A DNA stretch of 16,940 bases. It comes from Octopus sinensis (taxonomy: Eukaryota). Numbering within the stretch: position 1 is the first letter of the stretch; the number at the start of each line of letters is the position of its first letter. Below the pieces are notes generated by a model. The model was not told the DNA's origin and ran no database searches. It saw only the letters and a list, made by a program, of their open reading frames with translations. A program made the translations under genes and the position numbers. This document shows positions 1-9,866 of the stretch, piece by piece. The stretch is from positions 1-16,940 of the forward strand of contig NW_021825029.1 of NCBI RefSeq assembly GCF_006345805.1. Reading direction: 5' to 3'.

Positions 1-52
1 ATTTTCTTGTTCTCTAACTTCGTTCTATATAACTAGCTTCAAAAAAGCTTTT

Positions 53-219
53 ACACACACACAATATATATATACATATATATATATATATACACACAAT
101 ACGTATATATATATATAATATATTATATATATATATATTATATATATATAATTATATATATTATATATGTTATATATATGTATGTATTTATGTATTATGC
201 ATGTCTGCATGTATGTATA
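53..219. repeat. Compound (CA)n/(TA)n/(TATG)n microsatellite
   Basis: Dinucleotide and tetranucleotide runs read directly from the sequence. Confidence 0.9.
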
Positions 220-1282
220 TCTAATAATATATAAAATAGAGATGTGAACGTATTCACTTTTCACGCGAAAACGGCTTCACCAATTGATTCCATATTTGTG
301 ATGCAAGAATAATTCCACCTCGGACAAATAATAGGCTGTTCATTTGATTTTTTTATTACAAATTACTAAAAATTAAAAAAATATTGCTTTTTATATTGCA
401 TTCACGTCTTTGAAAGTTTTTTAAATATTTACTTCAGGTTTTCTAGTGTCAGTGACGTAACATATCTCTTTAGGTATATCTCCTCTATCCATCTCTGTCT
501 CTCTCTCTATCTCTCTGTAACATATCTCTGTATCTATATTTCTTGTTTTCACTTTCATTCTTCAGACTCTATTTTTTTCACTTTCAATTTTCATACGCCA
601 TTGTTTAACTTCCATGTTATTGTTTTCACTGTAAGTCTAAGTTTTCAATCGCTATTTACAAACAAACAACGACAAAGTACTGATAGAAAAAAATTCACAA
701 TTACTGATGTAAGTAATTTCATAATTTACTGACACAGGTTCTTCATAAATTTAACTTAAATCCATACGGTTTTGTGTTTTTCTGTTGTTCACGGTTTCTT
801 TCTGGTTTCTTCGATACTGGCTCTTTCATTCACTGAGTGAAAAATTTCACTCCAGCCCGTACAATACTTCATTTTCCTTTAAAATTTCATATTTACTTTC
901 TGCCCATCGTATTAAGAAACATAATTTCCGTTACCAAGTTATTTTCATTTTTTATTATCTTTTGCACACGTGTATTCCTGTATATATATATAGCCATGCT
1001 TAGAAGGAAAGTGTCAAATTTATTTTAGGAAGACGTAAGAGGGAGAATTTCGGAAAATTCAGCGGAGTCCACTTCAATTCGTCTTAACTTTCAAGGAAAT
1101 GGATATTTTTTAATGACATTCTCTACAAATATACCTTATACTATGTAGATTCCGAGGACATAGACATTTGGGGGAAAACAATTGGGAGTTATTTTTGACA
1201 ATTGTTCCCCACTCAGGGCTGTTTCGGAACAAGTCGTCCATATTTGTTTCATTTTCTCCGTTTTGTCCGTTTGTGCAACATG

Positions 1283-1567
1283 ATGGGTGAGAATGTCTTC
1301 ATTCCAAGGATACCTCTCATCTCAAATGATCTCCCCTTTCAGTTCAAGAGACTCCAGTTTCCTGTCAAGCTTAGATTTGCAATGTCTATCAATAAAGCAC
1401 AAGGTCAATCTCTAAAGGTGATGATACTTAACATCCTTCAACTTTGCTTCTCACATGGTCAGCTGTATGTTGGATGTTCTAGAGTTGGAGATGAAAAGAA
1501 CCTCTACATTCTCAGTGATAAACATGGCAAGACAGAAAACACAGTATATGAAGAAGCGCTTACATGA
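1283..1567 (+). pseudogene. Helitron RepHel PIF1-family helicase, C-terminal fragment
   Basis: Translation GENVFIPRIPLISNDLPFQFKRLQFPVKLRFAMSINKAQGQSL...FSHGQLYVGCSRVG...TENTVYEEALT* contains the PIF1/Helitron motifs FPxxxxFAMSINKxQGQSL and FSHGQLYVxxSRV. The upstream part of the called ORF (1202-1282) shows no recognisable homology. Confidence 0.9.
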
Positions 1568-1714
1568 ATGGTAGGTCCATGAAGAGTAGGACCAAACAGA
1601 AATGTAAAACCATTGAGCGTTAAAGTATTACTTATTACACGTTCACTTTTCGAGTGACATGCGTGAATGTATATCTGTGTGTATAAAAGTGAAACAATAA
1701 CGTGATATATTCGC

Positions 1715-1813
1715 TGTGTGTGTGTGTATGTGTGTGTGTGTATGTGTGTGTGTGAGTGTGTGTGTGTGTTGTGTGTGTGTGTGTGGTGTGTGTGTGTGTG
1801 TGTGTGTGTGTGT
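1715..1813. repeat. (GT)n microsatellite inside the Helitron
   Basis: Direct reading. Confidence 0.95.
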
Positions 1814-2107
1814 ATTCTACCTTTCATTGGTTATAATCTGTACCTGTTTTTTTGGGGTTACGAAATAAGTTAGACGAACGTGTATTCAAATTAAATACCT
1901 ATTTGAGTTGGAGACTTTCTTTTCACATTTCACTTAACGTTTAACGTCTATGTTCCATGTTGGCATGGGTTTCAGGGTTACATAGAAAGTTGGTATCTCA
2001 GCTACTAGCAGTTGAGACCTGCGTGAGCTACACTGCGTTTTTAAATTTCATTATTTTCTTTAACCCGGGAAACACTGGGTATTTCTGCTAGTGCATATAT
2101 ATATATA

Positions 2108-2143
2108 TTTTTCTTGTTTCAGCTAAGAGCTGCGGCCATGCTG
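2108..2143 (-). mobile_element. 3' tail fragment of a tRNA-derived SINE (same family as 13264-13443)
   Basis: Minus strand CAGCATGGCCGCAGCTCTTAGCTGAAACAAGAA resembles CAGCATGGTCACAATGAAATGACTGAAGCAAGTGAAAGAA on the minus strand at 13266-13305. Confidence 0.55.
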
Positions 2144-2471
2144 ATGCATATATATATATAATATATGTATATACTTTATGTATATATATATATATATAAT
2201 TAATTAATAAGGGTGAGAGAATTAGATACTAATTTAATAGTATATCTATTCAACACCAAGTGGCCTAGTGCTCCGAGAAACCTGGATTATTATATATTTT
2301 ATAATATATTACCATATTTTTACAAAATAAATATAAGAGAGTGGTCACTATATGGCTCACTCTAGCACCAGTTAATCCAAAAGGTTTCAACCACAAAATA
2401 CATGTTTCCCATGAAAGTCAGTACGATTGTTAGCTCAACGGACAGGGCAAATAAAAAATAACAAAAATACA

Positions 2472-2563
2472 GATTATTTTGGGATAATTGTTTCGCTATT
2501 AATGAATTAAATGTAATTTTACTTACAAAAAAATCCACTTGTAGCTCGTCAGCCAAAACTATC
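2472..2563 (-). ncRNA. Type I hammerhead ribozyme, family 1, inverted copy (helix III mismatch)
   Basis: Minus strand: GATAGTTTTGG-CTGACGA-GCTA...TAGC-GAAA-C-AATT-ATC-CCAAAATAATC. Has AUC where the other copies have GUC (position 2485), which breaks the C15.2-G16.2 pair. Confidence 0.75.
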
Positions 2564-2646
2564 TGGATGAAATCCACTCAATCACACGCCAGATTTTACC
2601 ATAACGATAATACGCGTGTGGTTCAATTGATTACATCCGACTGTAA

Positions 2647-2728
2647 TTTTGGCTGACGAGCTACAAGTGGATTTTTTTGTAAGTAAAATTACATTTAATT
2701 CATAATAGCGAAACAATTGTCCCAAAAT
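2647..2728 (+). ncRNA. Type I hammerhead ribozyme, family 1, intact core
   Basis: Helix I TTTTGG (2647-2652)/CCAAAA (2722-2727); CTGACGA 2653-2659; helix II GCTA/TAGC; GAAA 2710-2713; helix III AC-AATT-GT; GUC site, predicted cleavage after 2721. Confidence 0.9.
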
Positions 2729-3171
2729 AATCTGTATTTTTGTTATTTTTTATTTGCCCTGTCCGTGTGAGCTAACAATCGTACTGACTTTCATGGGAAA
2801 CATGTATTTTTGTGTTGAAACCTTTTGGATTAACTGGTGCTAGAGTGAGCCATATAGTGACCACTCTCTATATTTATTTTGTAAAAATATTGTAATATAT
2901 ATAAAATATATAATAATCCAGGTTTCTCGGAGCACTAGGCCACTTGGTGTTGAATAGATATACTATTAAATAGTATCTAATTCTCTCACCCTTATTAATT
3001 AATTATAATTATGCTGCATTTATTTCTAAATGCTGTATTTGTTTTCCGTGAAGTTTGGCGCGCTGTTAGTTGGGGCATTTGAATTATAACGTCGGATGTA
3101 ATCAATTGAACCACACGCGTATTTATCGTTATGGTATAAAATCTGGCGTGTGATTGAGTGGATTTCATCCA

Positions 3172-3263
3172 GATAGTTTTGGCTGACGAGCTACAAGTGG
3201 ATTTTTTTGTAAGTAAAATTACATTTAATTCATTAATAGCGAAACAATTGTCCCAAAATAATC
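3172..3263 (+). ncRNA. Type I hammerhead ribozyme, family 1, intact
   Basis: GATAGTTTTGG/CCAAAATAATC helix I; CTGACGA 3183-3189; GAAA 3241-3244; ACAATTGT helix III; GUC, predicted cleavage after 3252. Confidence 0.92.
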
Positions 3264-3708
3264 TGTATTTTTGTTTTTTTTTATTTGCCCTGTCCGTGTG
3301 AGCTAACAATCGTACTGACTTTCATGGGAAACATGTATTTTTGTGGTTGAAACCTTTTGGATTAACTGGTGCTAGAGTGAGCCATATAGTGACCACTCTC
3401 TTATATTTATTTTGTAAAAATATTGTAATATATTATAAAATATTATAATAATCCAGGTTTCTCGGAGCACTAGGCCACTGGTGTTGAATAGATATACTAT
3501 TAAATTAGTATCTAATTCTCTCACCCTTATTAATTAATTATAATTATGCTGCATTATTTCTAAATGCTGTATTTGTTTTCCGTGAAAGTTTGGCGCGCTG
3601 TTAGTTGGGGCATTTGATTTGAATATAACGTCGGATGTAATCAATTGAACCACACGCGTATTTATCGTTATGGTAAAATCTGGCGTGTGATTGAGTGGAT
3701 TTCATCCA

Positions 3709-3796
3709 GATAGTTTTGGCTGACGAGCTACAAGTGGATTTTTTTGTAAGTAAAATTACATTTAATTCATTATAGCGAAACAATTGTCCCATAATC
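3709..3796 (+). ncRNA. Type I hammerhead, family 1, core intact but helix I 3' arm shortened
   Basis: CTGACGA 3720-3726, GAAA 3777-3780, GTC 3786-3788. The 3' arm reads CCATAATC rather than CCAAAATAATC. Confidence 0.7.
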
Positions 3797-4234
3797 ATTT
3801 TTGTTATTTTTTATTGCCCTGTCCGTGTGAGCTAACAATCGTACTGACTTTCATGGGAAACATGTATTTTTGTGGTTGAAACCTTTTGGATTAACTGGTG
3901 CTAGAGTGAGCCATATAGTGACCACTCTCTTATATTTATTTTGTAAAAATATTGTAATATATTATAAAATATTATAATAATCCAGGTTTCTCGGAGCACT
4001 AGGCCACTTGGTGTTGAATAGATATACTATTAAATTAGTATCTAATTCTCTCACCCTTATTAATTAATTATAATTATGCTGCATTTATTTCTAATGCTGT
4101 ATTTGTTTTCCGTGAAAGTTTGGCGCGCTGTTAGTTGGGGCATTTGAATTATAACGTCGGATGTAATCAATTGAACCACACGCGTATTTATCGTTATGGT
4201 AAAATCTGGCGTGTGATTGAGTGGATTTCATCCA

Positions 4235-4324
4235 GATAGTTTTGGGACGAGCTACAAGTGGATTTTTTTGTAAGTAAAATTACATTTAATTCATTAATAG
4301 CGAAACAATTGTCCCAAAATAATC
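4235..4324 (+). ncRNA. Degenerate hammerhead, family 1 (C3-U4 missing)
   Basis: TTTTGG-GACGA: the CT of CTGACGA is absent. The rest is intact (GAAACAATTGTC, 4302-4313). Confidence 0.6.
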
Positions 4325-4767
4325 TGTATTTTTGTTATTTTTTATTTGCCCTGTCCGTGTGAGCTAACAATCGTACTGACTTTCATGGGAAACATGTATT
4401 TTTGGTTGTGTTGAAACCTTTTGGATTAACTGGTGCTAGAGTGAGCCATATGTGACCACTCTCTTATATTTATTTTGTAAAAATATTGTAATAATTATAA
4501 AATATTATAATAATCCAGGTTTCTCGGAGCACTAGGCCACTTGGTGTTGAATAGATATACTATAAATTAGTATCTAATTCTCTCACCCTTATTAATTAAT
4601 TATAATTATGCTGCATTTATTTCTAATGCTGTATTTGTTTTCCGTGGAAAGTTTGGCGCGCTGTTAGTTGGGGCATTTGAATTATAACGTCGGATGTAAT
4701 CAATTGAACCACACGCGTATTTATCGTTATGGTAAAATCTGGCGTGTGATTGAGTGGATTTCATCCA

Positions 4768-4856
4768 GATAGTTTTGGTGACGAGCTACAAGTGGATTTT
4801 TTTGTAAGTAAAATACATTTAATTCATTAATAGCGAAACAATGTCCCAAAATAATC
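4768..4856 (+). ncRNA. Degenerate hammerhead, family 1 (C3 missing, helix III palindrome broken)
   Basis: TTTTGG-TGACGA and GAAAC-AAT-GTC (4835-4845). Confidence 0.6.
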
Positions 4857-5293
4857 TGTATTTTTGTTATTTTTTATTTGCCCTGTCCGTGTGAGCTAAC
4901 AATCGTACTGACTTTCATGGGAAACATGTATTTTTGTGGTTGAAACCTTTTGGATTAACTGGTGCTAGAGTGAGCCATATAGTGACCACTCTCTTATATT
5001 TATTTTGTAAAAATATTGTAATATATTATAAAATATTATAATAATCCAGGTTTCTCGGAGCAGGCCACTTGGTGTTGAATAGATATACTATTAAATAGTA
5101 TCTATTCTCCACCCTTATTATTAATTATAATTATGCTGCATTTATTTCTAAATGCTGTATTTGTTTTCCGTGAAAGTTTTGGCGCCGCTGTTAGTTGGGG
5201 CATTTGAATTATAACGTCGGATGTAATCAATTGAACCACACGCGTATTTATCGTTATGTAAAATCTGGCGTGTGATTGAGTGGATTTCATCCA

Positions 5294-5385
5294 GATAGTT
5301 TTGGCTGACGAGCTACAGTGGAATTTTTTTTGTAAGTAAAATTACATTTAATTCATTAATAGCGAAACAATTGTCCAAAATAATC
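5294..5385 (+). ncRNA. Type I hammerhead, family 1, core intact
   Basis: CTGACGA 5305-5311, GAAA 5364-5367, GTC 5373-5375. One C is missing from the helix I 3' arm. Confidence 0.78.
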
Positions 5386-5532
5386 TGTGTATTTTTGTTA
5401 TTTTTTATTGCCCTGTCCGTGTGAGCTAACAATCGTACTGACTTTCATGGGAAACATGTATTTTTGTGGTTGAGAAACCTTTTGATTAAACTGGTGCTAG
5501 AGTGAGCCATATAGTGACCACTCTCTTATATT

Positions 5533-5756
<224 letters not shown>

Positions 5757-5970
5757 GTAGACGTACTCATGAAATAAAATAAAAATGAGTCCTCCACCCA
5801 TTTCGGCGATTAGTCTTTGTTTAATCAACAGAAGTATTTATTCACTGAACTGTAGCGCACGTCTGAGTATTCCATTGACATTTCTAATCACTTTTAACGT
5901 TGCAGACGATCAGATTGTCATTGTGTGTGACAAAACTGCCCTTTTGGATTGCGAATATAAAACATCCAAA

Positions 5971-6403
5971 GACGGCGAGCTGGCAGAAACGTTAGCACGC
6001 CGGGCAAAATGGTAGCGGTTTTTCCTCTGCCGTTACGTTCTGAGTTCAAAAACCCGCCGAGGTCGACTTTGCCTTTCATCATTTTGGGGTTAATAAATTA
6101 AGTACCAGTTACGCACTGGGGTCGATGTAATCGACTTAATCCCATCATCTGTCCTGGTTTGTCCCCTCTATGTTTAGCCCCTTGTGTGTAATGAAGAAAT
6201 AAGAAACGTTAGCATGCTGGGTGAGATGCTTAGCGGCATTTCATCTGTCTTTACGTTCTGAGTTCAAATTCCGCCGAGATCGACTATGCCTTTCAACCTT
6301 TCGGGATCGATAAATTAAATACCAGTTGCGTACTGGGGTCGATCTAACCGACTGGCAACCTCCCCCAAAATTTCGGGCCTTGTGCCTAAAATAGAAAAGA
6401 AAA
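5971..6403 (+). mobile_element. Dimeric tRNA-derived SINE (full left monomer, 5'-truncated right monomer) with 18-bp TSD
   Basis: A-box-like TGGCAGAAACGTTAG and B-box-like GAGTTCAAA in the left monomer. The body repeats at 6203-6400 (GAAACGTTAGCA...GTTCTGAGTTCAAA...GCCTTTCA...ACTGGGGTCGAT). Flanks GAATATAAAACATCCAAA (5953-5970) and GAATACAAAACATCCAAA (6404-6421). Octopus SINE assignment is from recall. Confidence 0.85.
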
Positions 6404-6502
6404 GAATACAAAACATCCAAACAAGGGACTTTTGCGATTACGCTGTACTCAGTTTTATTCACAAAGATTAGGCTGAAAAGCTATTATATTAACTATAGTA
6501 TA

Positions 6503-6650
6503 GGCGCATACGTGACTGTACGGTAAGAAGTCTCTTTCCCTGGTGCCGGTTTCAGTCCCACTACGCGGGTATCTTGGGTAAATGCCCTCTTTTATAACAT
6601 CAGACTGTGAGTAGATTTTGTAGACAGAAAGTGAAAGAAGCCTGCCGTAC
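6503..6650 (+). mobile_element. 5' half of a second tRNA-derived SINE family, running into a microsatellite
   Basis: GGCGCA start, degenerate A-box (TGACTGTACGG), B-box-like GGTTTCAGTCCC, then CTTGGGTAAATG and GAAAGAAGCCTGCCGTA followed by (TA)n. Matches a recalled Octopus SINE head. Confidence 0.7.
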
Positions 6651-6736
<86 letters not shown>

Positions 6737-6799
6737 TATGCATACATACATACATACATACATACATACATACATACATACATACATACATACATACAT
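6651..6799. repeat. (TA)n-(TACA)n microsatellite
   Basis: Direct reading. Confidence 0.95.
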
Positions 6800-6965
6800 T
6801 TGAATAATTCGCCTCTGGAAACATGAGCGTTTTGTTAACCATCCTTAAACAAACCTTATTCAAAGACCTTTTGAGCAGGATGGGCTACCCAACCTGAGGA
6901 AAATTCTAACTGGGGCCCCACGCGCAAGGTCATGTGATGTTTATCTTGATATGAGATACCATGCC
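6800..6965. repeat. Fragment of a probable interspersed repeat (possibly a LINE 3' region)
   Basis: GACCTTTTGAGCAGGATGGGCTAC...AAGGTCATG...TTTATCTTGATATGAGAT resembles, from memory only, a common Octopus repeat. Class cannot be verified here. Confidence 0.3.
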
Positions 6966-7010
6966 GCGCACAACAACAACAACAACAATAATAATAACAA
7001 CAATAATAAT

Positions 7011-7150
7011 TTTGGCACAGAAACAGTAATTCTGATGGTGGTGGGAAGTAAAAGTGATCTCGCGGGATTTGAAGTTACAACATGCAGTGTGGAAAGAGAA
7101 ACCACAGGGCATTACTACTGACGTTCCAACGATTTCACTAATCTACTGCC
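7011..7150 (-). mobile_element. Highly diverged, internally deleted SINE copy (same family as 5971-6403)
   Basis: GCGGGATTTGAAGTTACAAC and CAACGATTTCACTAATCTACTGCC align to the reverse complement of the SINE B-box and head. TTTGGCACA...AGTAATT matches the reversed tail, next to (CAA/TAA)n. Confidence 0.5.
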
Positions 7151-7172
7151 CTTAAAAGTTGCCTTTAATTCA

Positions 7173-7228
7173 GGCACAAGGGCAGCAATTTTGAGGATAC
7201 GGTGGGGCCTAGTCGATACCATTGACCC

Positions 7229-7229
<1 letters not shown>
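7173..7229 (-). mobile_element. SINE 3' tail fragment
   Basis: GGCACAAGGGCAGCAATTTTG...AGTCGATACCATTGACCC is the reverse complement of the GGGTCGAT...CGACT...CAAAATT...CCTTGTGCC tail seen at 6335-6386. Confidence 0.65.
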
Positions 7230-7263
<34 letters not shown>

Positions 7264-7292
7264 TAGTAACAATAATAATTATAATAATGATG

Positions 7293-7366
<74 letters not shown>

Positions 7367-7372
7367 CGTTAA
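7229..7372. repeat. (TAA)n microsatellite
   Basis: Direct reading. Confidence 0.95.
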
Positions 7373-7695
7373 AAATAACAACACTAATAAAAACACCATC
7401 ACACAATAAAAAGAGAAAAGAACCTTCGACAGTAGATTTCCTGAGAGCATTGTATCTTTGTCATATTCGTTACCAAGGCTACGAAAATGACAATAGCAAC
7501 AACAGCGGCAGCAAGAACGGGGGAACCGTTGCTGCCAACGCATTTACCATAACTAACATAAGTAGATCCATCACCACACACAATGTTTGAGCCACCGATA
7601 CCATCACCCTGAAGAACAGTACCAGAAGCAGTAGTAGCAGGGGCCAATAGAACGATGATCAGTAAAAGTTCAAAGCGTCTATCAAACACCCAGCC

Positions 7696-7782
7696 ACACA
7701 CACACACACACACACGCACACACACATACACACATACATACACACACGCACACACACACACACGCGCGCGCGCGTACATACA
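7696..7782. repeat. (CA)n/(CG)n microsatellite
   Basis: Direct reading. Confidence 0.9.
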
Positions 7783-8169
7783 CGCAGACATGTATTGGTT
7801 CCAGAGAAGAGTGAAATTGACGGCGAGAGTTTAAAAATAAAAAAAAAGTGAAGAAAACAAGGAAATTAAAGCAAATCGAAAAACAACAAACAAACAAAAA
7901 AACGGAAGAAAAGAAAAACAGACCCAAAAAGACATTAAATAAATATCAAAGACAAACTTCAAATGCGATTGAACCATAGAACCAGCCCGCACAGACCAAC
8001 TAGTTTTCCGTTTCGCTTCAATGGAATTATGAAGATTAATGAGAATATCGCTAAGGTTTTACTGATTTGTCCAGAGTCTTACGGGTGGGTCTATTCGCAG
8101 TTCACTGTCCTTCGCAAATGGCAGCCATTTCGATCAATTAGAAAATACATATATATGCACGCATGCATG

Positions 8170-8228
8170 TATAATATATATATTATTATATATTATAATA
8201 TATATATATAATAATATATGTATATATA

Positions 8229-8261
<33 letters not shown>

Positions 8262-8275
8262 GTGTGTGTGTGTAT

Positions 8276-8360
<85 letters not shown>

Positions 8361-8422
8361 ATATATTCATACATTATATATATACATATATACACATATA
8401 TATATATACTATATATAATATA
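8170..8422. repeat. Compound (TA)n/(TG)n microsatellite
   Basis: Direct reading. Confidence 0.9.
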
Positions 8423-9239
8423 CTAGCAGAATTGCCCGGCGTTGCTCGGGGCTGAATTACTTGAAAGTACTGTTAATGATTGCACTGAATGATATGATTA
8501 TTCAGGCAAATATTGATATAAGTTTACGCTGGGAGATAAGGACTTTACGATCAAACGTGTGCCATTGCATTGTTTTGGGGGAACCAAATTTCTGATGAGC
8601 ATTATAGGGGCACCAACTTTAAGTTTGAGAATGTGTGGTGGTAGTCCGGGTGCTCAAAGGAATTGAGTACCTCTATTGGATAGTGATGACGTCCTCTGGG
8701 TCAGGAGTTGTATCGATAGACTTCCCCAGGAATGAGTTTTAGCATTTCATCATTAATATGGTGAACAGTTTTATTCCTCGGGGCCAGTATAGCCTTTTTG
8801 CCAATCCAATCCATATTCTGATAATTAGCTTGTAGATCTTGGAACACTGCATCAGAAGGCATCTTAACAATGGTACAAATGGAATCGATGGCAATATTAC
8901 CATTTTCATCCCCTGGTATTTTGCCTTCGCCAAGTGCAATGAGGGTGTGATGAAATGCTGCTGATGTGATATTACGTCGCATATGAGCACGCATATTGGT
9001 GTGAAGTTTGAGATTACTTCCTTAATTTAAAAAAATGCATTAAAATGGGAAAAAATGATGGTAAATTATTTGTAAAATCGTAGACTCATCGTAGACGCGC
9101 GCTAATACCCAGAAGGGCTCGATATGAATCACGACTATAAGATACTCGGTTTTGGTTAAACTACATCGCAAAATGTGGGAGTAGTTGGGAATCTAAATCG
9201 GAGTAGACAGACACACAACCTTTCTTTTATATATAAAGA
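8423..9239 (-). mobile_element. Non-autonomous Helitron (817 bp) with internal helicase fragment
   Basis: Minus strand: 5' A|TCTTTATATATAAAAG (TC at 9239-9238); 3' hairpin CCCGAGCAACGCCGGG (8450-8435), spacer CAATTCTG, CTAG (8426-8423) then T. A|T target with no TSD. Confidence 0.88.
8521..8994 (-). pseudogene. Helitron PIF1-family helicase, central fragment with frameshifts
   Basis: MRAH...WIGKKAILAPRNKTVHHINDEMLKLIPGEVYRYNS, then in shifted frames YPIEVLNSF and [37 protein letters not shown]. These are conserved PIF1/Helitron blocks (AILAPxN, GxPPHxLxLKVG, NGTR). Confidence 0.9.
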
Positions 9240-9690
9240 TTTTCGTCCTAAAAAACTTTGTATGGAGTGAATGGTTACCTCTATGGAAATATATACACAC
9301 AATATTATACATACATGTGTTGTGTCTATATACACTTTTGGGCGACTGCTACTTAGAGATAACTTTAATGTTATTTTCGTCCTGAAAAACTTGTTAGGGT
9401 GTAATATATTACTCTATCTATATATACACATGTGTGTGTACATACTATACTTTTTAGGGCGACTGCTACTTAGAGATAACTTTAGATGTTATTTTCGTCC
9501 TAAAAAACTTTATGCGGAGTGAATGGTTACCTCTATGGAAATCTATACCACACGTTATACATACATGTGTGTATAGATGAATATATAAATACATTTAAAT
9601 ATCTATATACACTTTTGGGTGATCTTTCTGCTTCTTAGAGATAACTTTAGATGTTATATTCGTCCTAAATAACTTTGTATGAATTGAAAA
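9240..9690. repeat. Irregular minisatellite, ~3.5 units of 118-165 bp
   Basis: TTCGTCCT(A/G)AA recurs near 9241, 9375, 9493 and 9658. CTTAGAGATAACTTTA occurs three times and GGAGTGAATGGTTACCTCTATGGAAAT twice. Confidence 0.85.
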
Positions 9691-9866
9691 AGTAAATGAT
9701 TGAAATTCTAAAAGAAAGGAATTTGTTTACATACATGTGTAAAATGGCAAATGTTTGTGCAGTTGTCCGATGGAACTGATGTATTATAATGAATAGTCCT
9801 TCTTCTTGTGAATATTAATTTGATTAATATGAACTGAAAACCAGTGGTTGTAGCATAGGTGATCTT

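Larger units (their letters stand above)
220..2091 (+). mobile_element. Non-autonomous Helitron (~1.87 kb) carrying a helicase C-terminal fragment
   Basis: 5' end A|TCTAATAATATATAAAATAGAG at 219/220. 3' hairpin ACCCGG-GAAACA-CTGGGT (2063-2080), 7-nt spacer, CTAG (2088-2091) then T, giving an A|T target. Internal PIF1-type helicase fragment at 1283-1567 and internal (GT)n. The 3' end is more certain than the 5' end. Confidence 0.72.
2195..5538. mobile_element. Family 1 hammerhead-containing tandem array (retrozyme / Penelope-like pLTR type): one inverted partial unit plus ~5.4 direct ~530-bp units
   Basis: The CTGACGA core or its remnant recurs at 2653, 3183, 3720, ~4244, ~4778 and 5305. Segment 2195-2641 is the reverse complement of the unit. 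(TA)n flanks both sides and there is no real ORF. Confidence 0.88.

Noticed and set aside
1180-1235. Minus-strand CTGAGTG-GGAAC-AATT-GTC resembling the family 1 helix III
   Set aside because: Core is incomplete and flanks cannot form helix I. Likely coincidence within an AT-rich imperfect hairpin.
2195-2220. Array termini as PIF/Harbinger, hAT or Kolobok terminal inverted repeats (TAA|GGG, TTA|GGGG, TTAA|GG)
   Set aside because: No matching inverted terminus or TSD at the other end of a unit. Head-to-tail multimers with ribozymes fit a retroelement better.
2784-2806. Second hammerhead-like string in the family 1 unit (CTGACTT-TCATGG-GAAAC-AT-GTA)
   Set aside because: G8-A9 is replaced by TT and no helix I can form next to the core. 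At most a relic, despite the palindromic ACATGT.
2362-5290. Recurring ORFs in array 1 (MKSTQSHARF..., 2362-2577, 2995-3309, 3601-3798, 5102-5290)
   Set aside because: Frames differ between near-identical copies because of indels, there is no recognisable domain, and they run antisense to or across a structured ribozyme.
2195-5538. CRISPR array or simple centromeric satellite interpretation of the tandem arrays
   Set aside because: No unique spacers, units are ~500 bp, the context is eukaryotic, and each unit contains a complete hammerhead fold.
7399-7791. Higher-GC segment and 130-aa minus-strand ORF as a possible exon
   Set aside because: Begins in a (CA)n tract, is made of degenerate trinucleotide repeats, and has no family motif or convincing splice sites. 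The GGCAGCAA/TTGCTGCC hairpin (7507-7536) is isolated.
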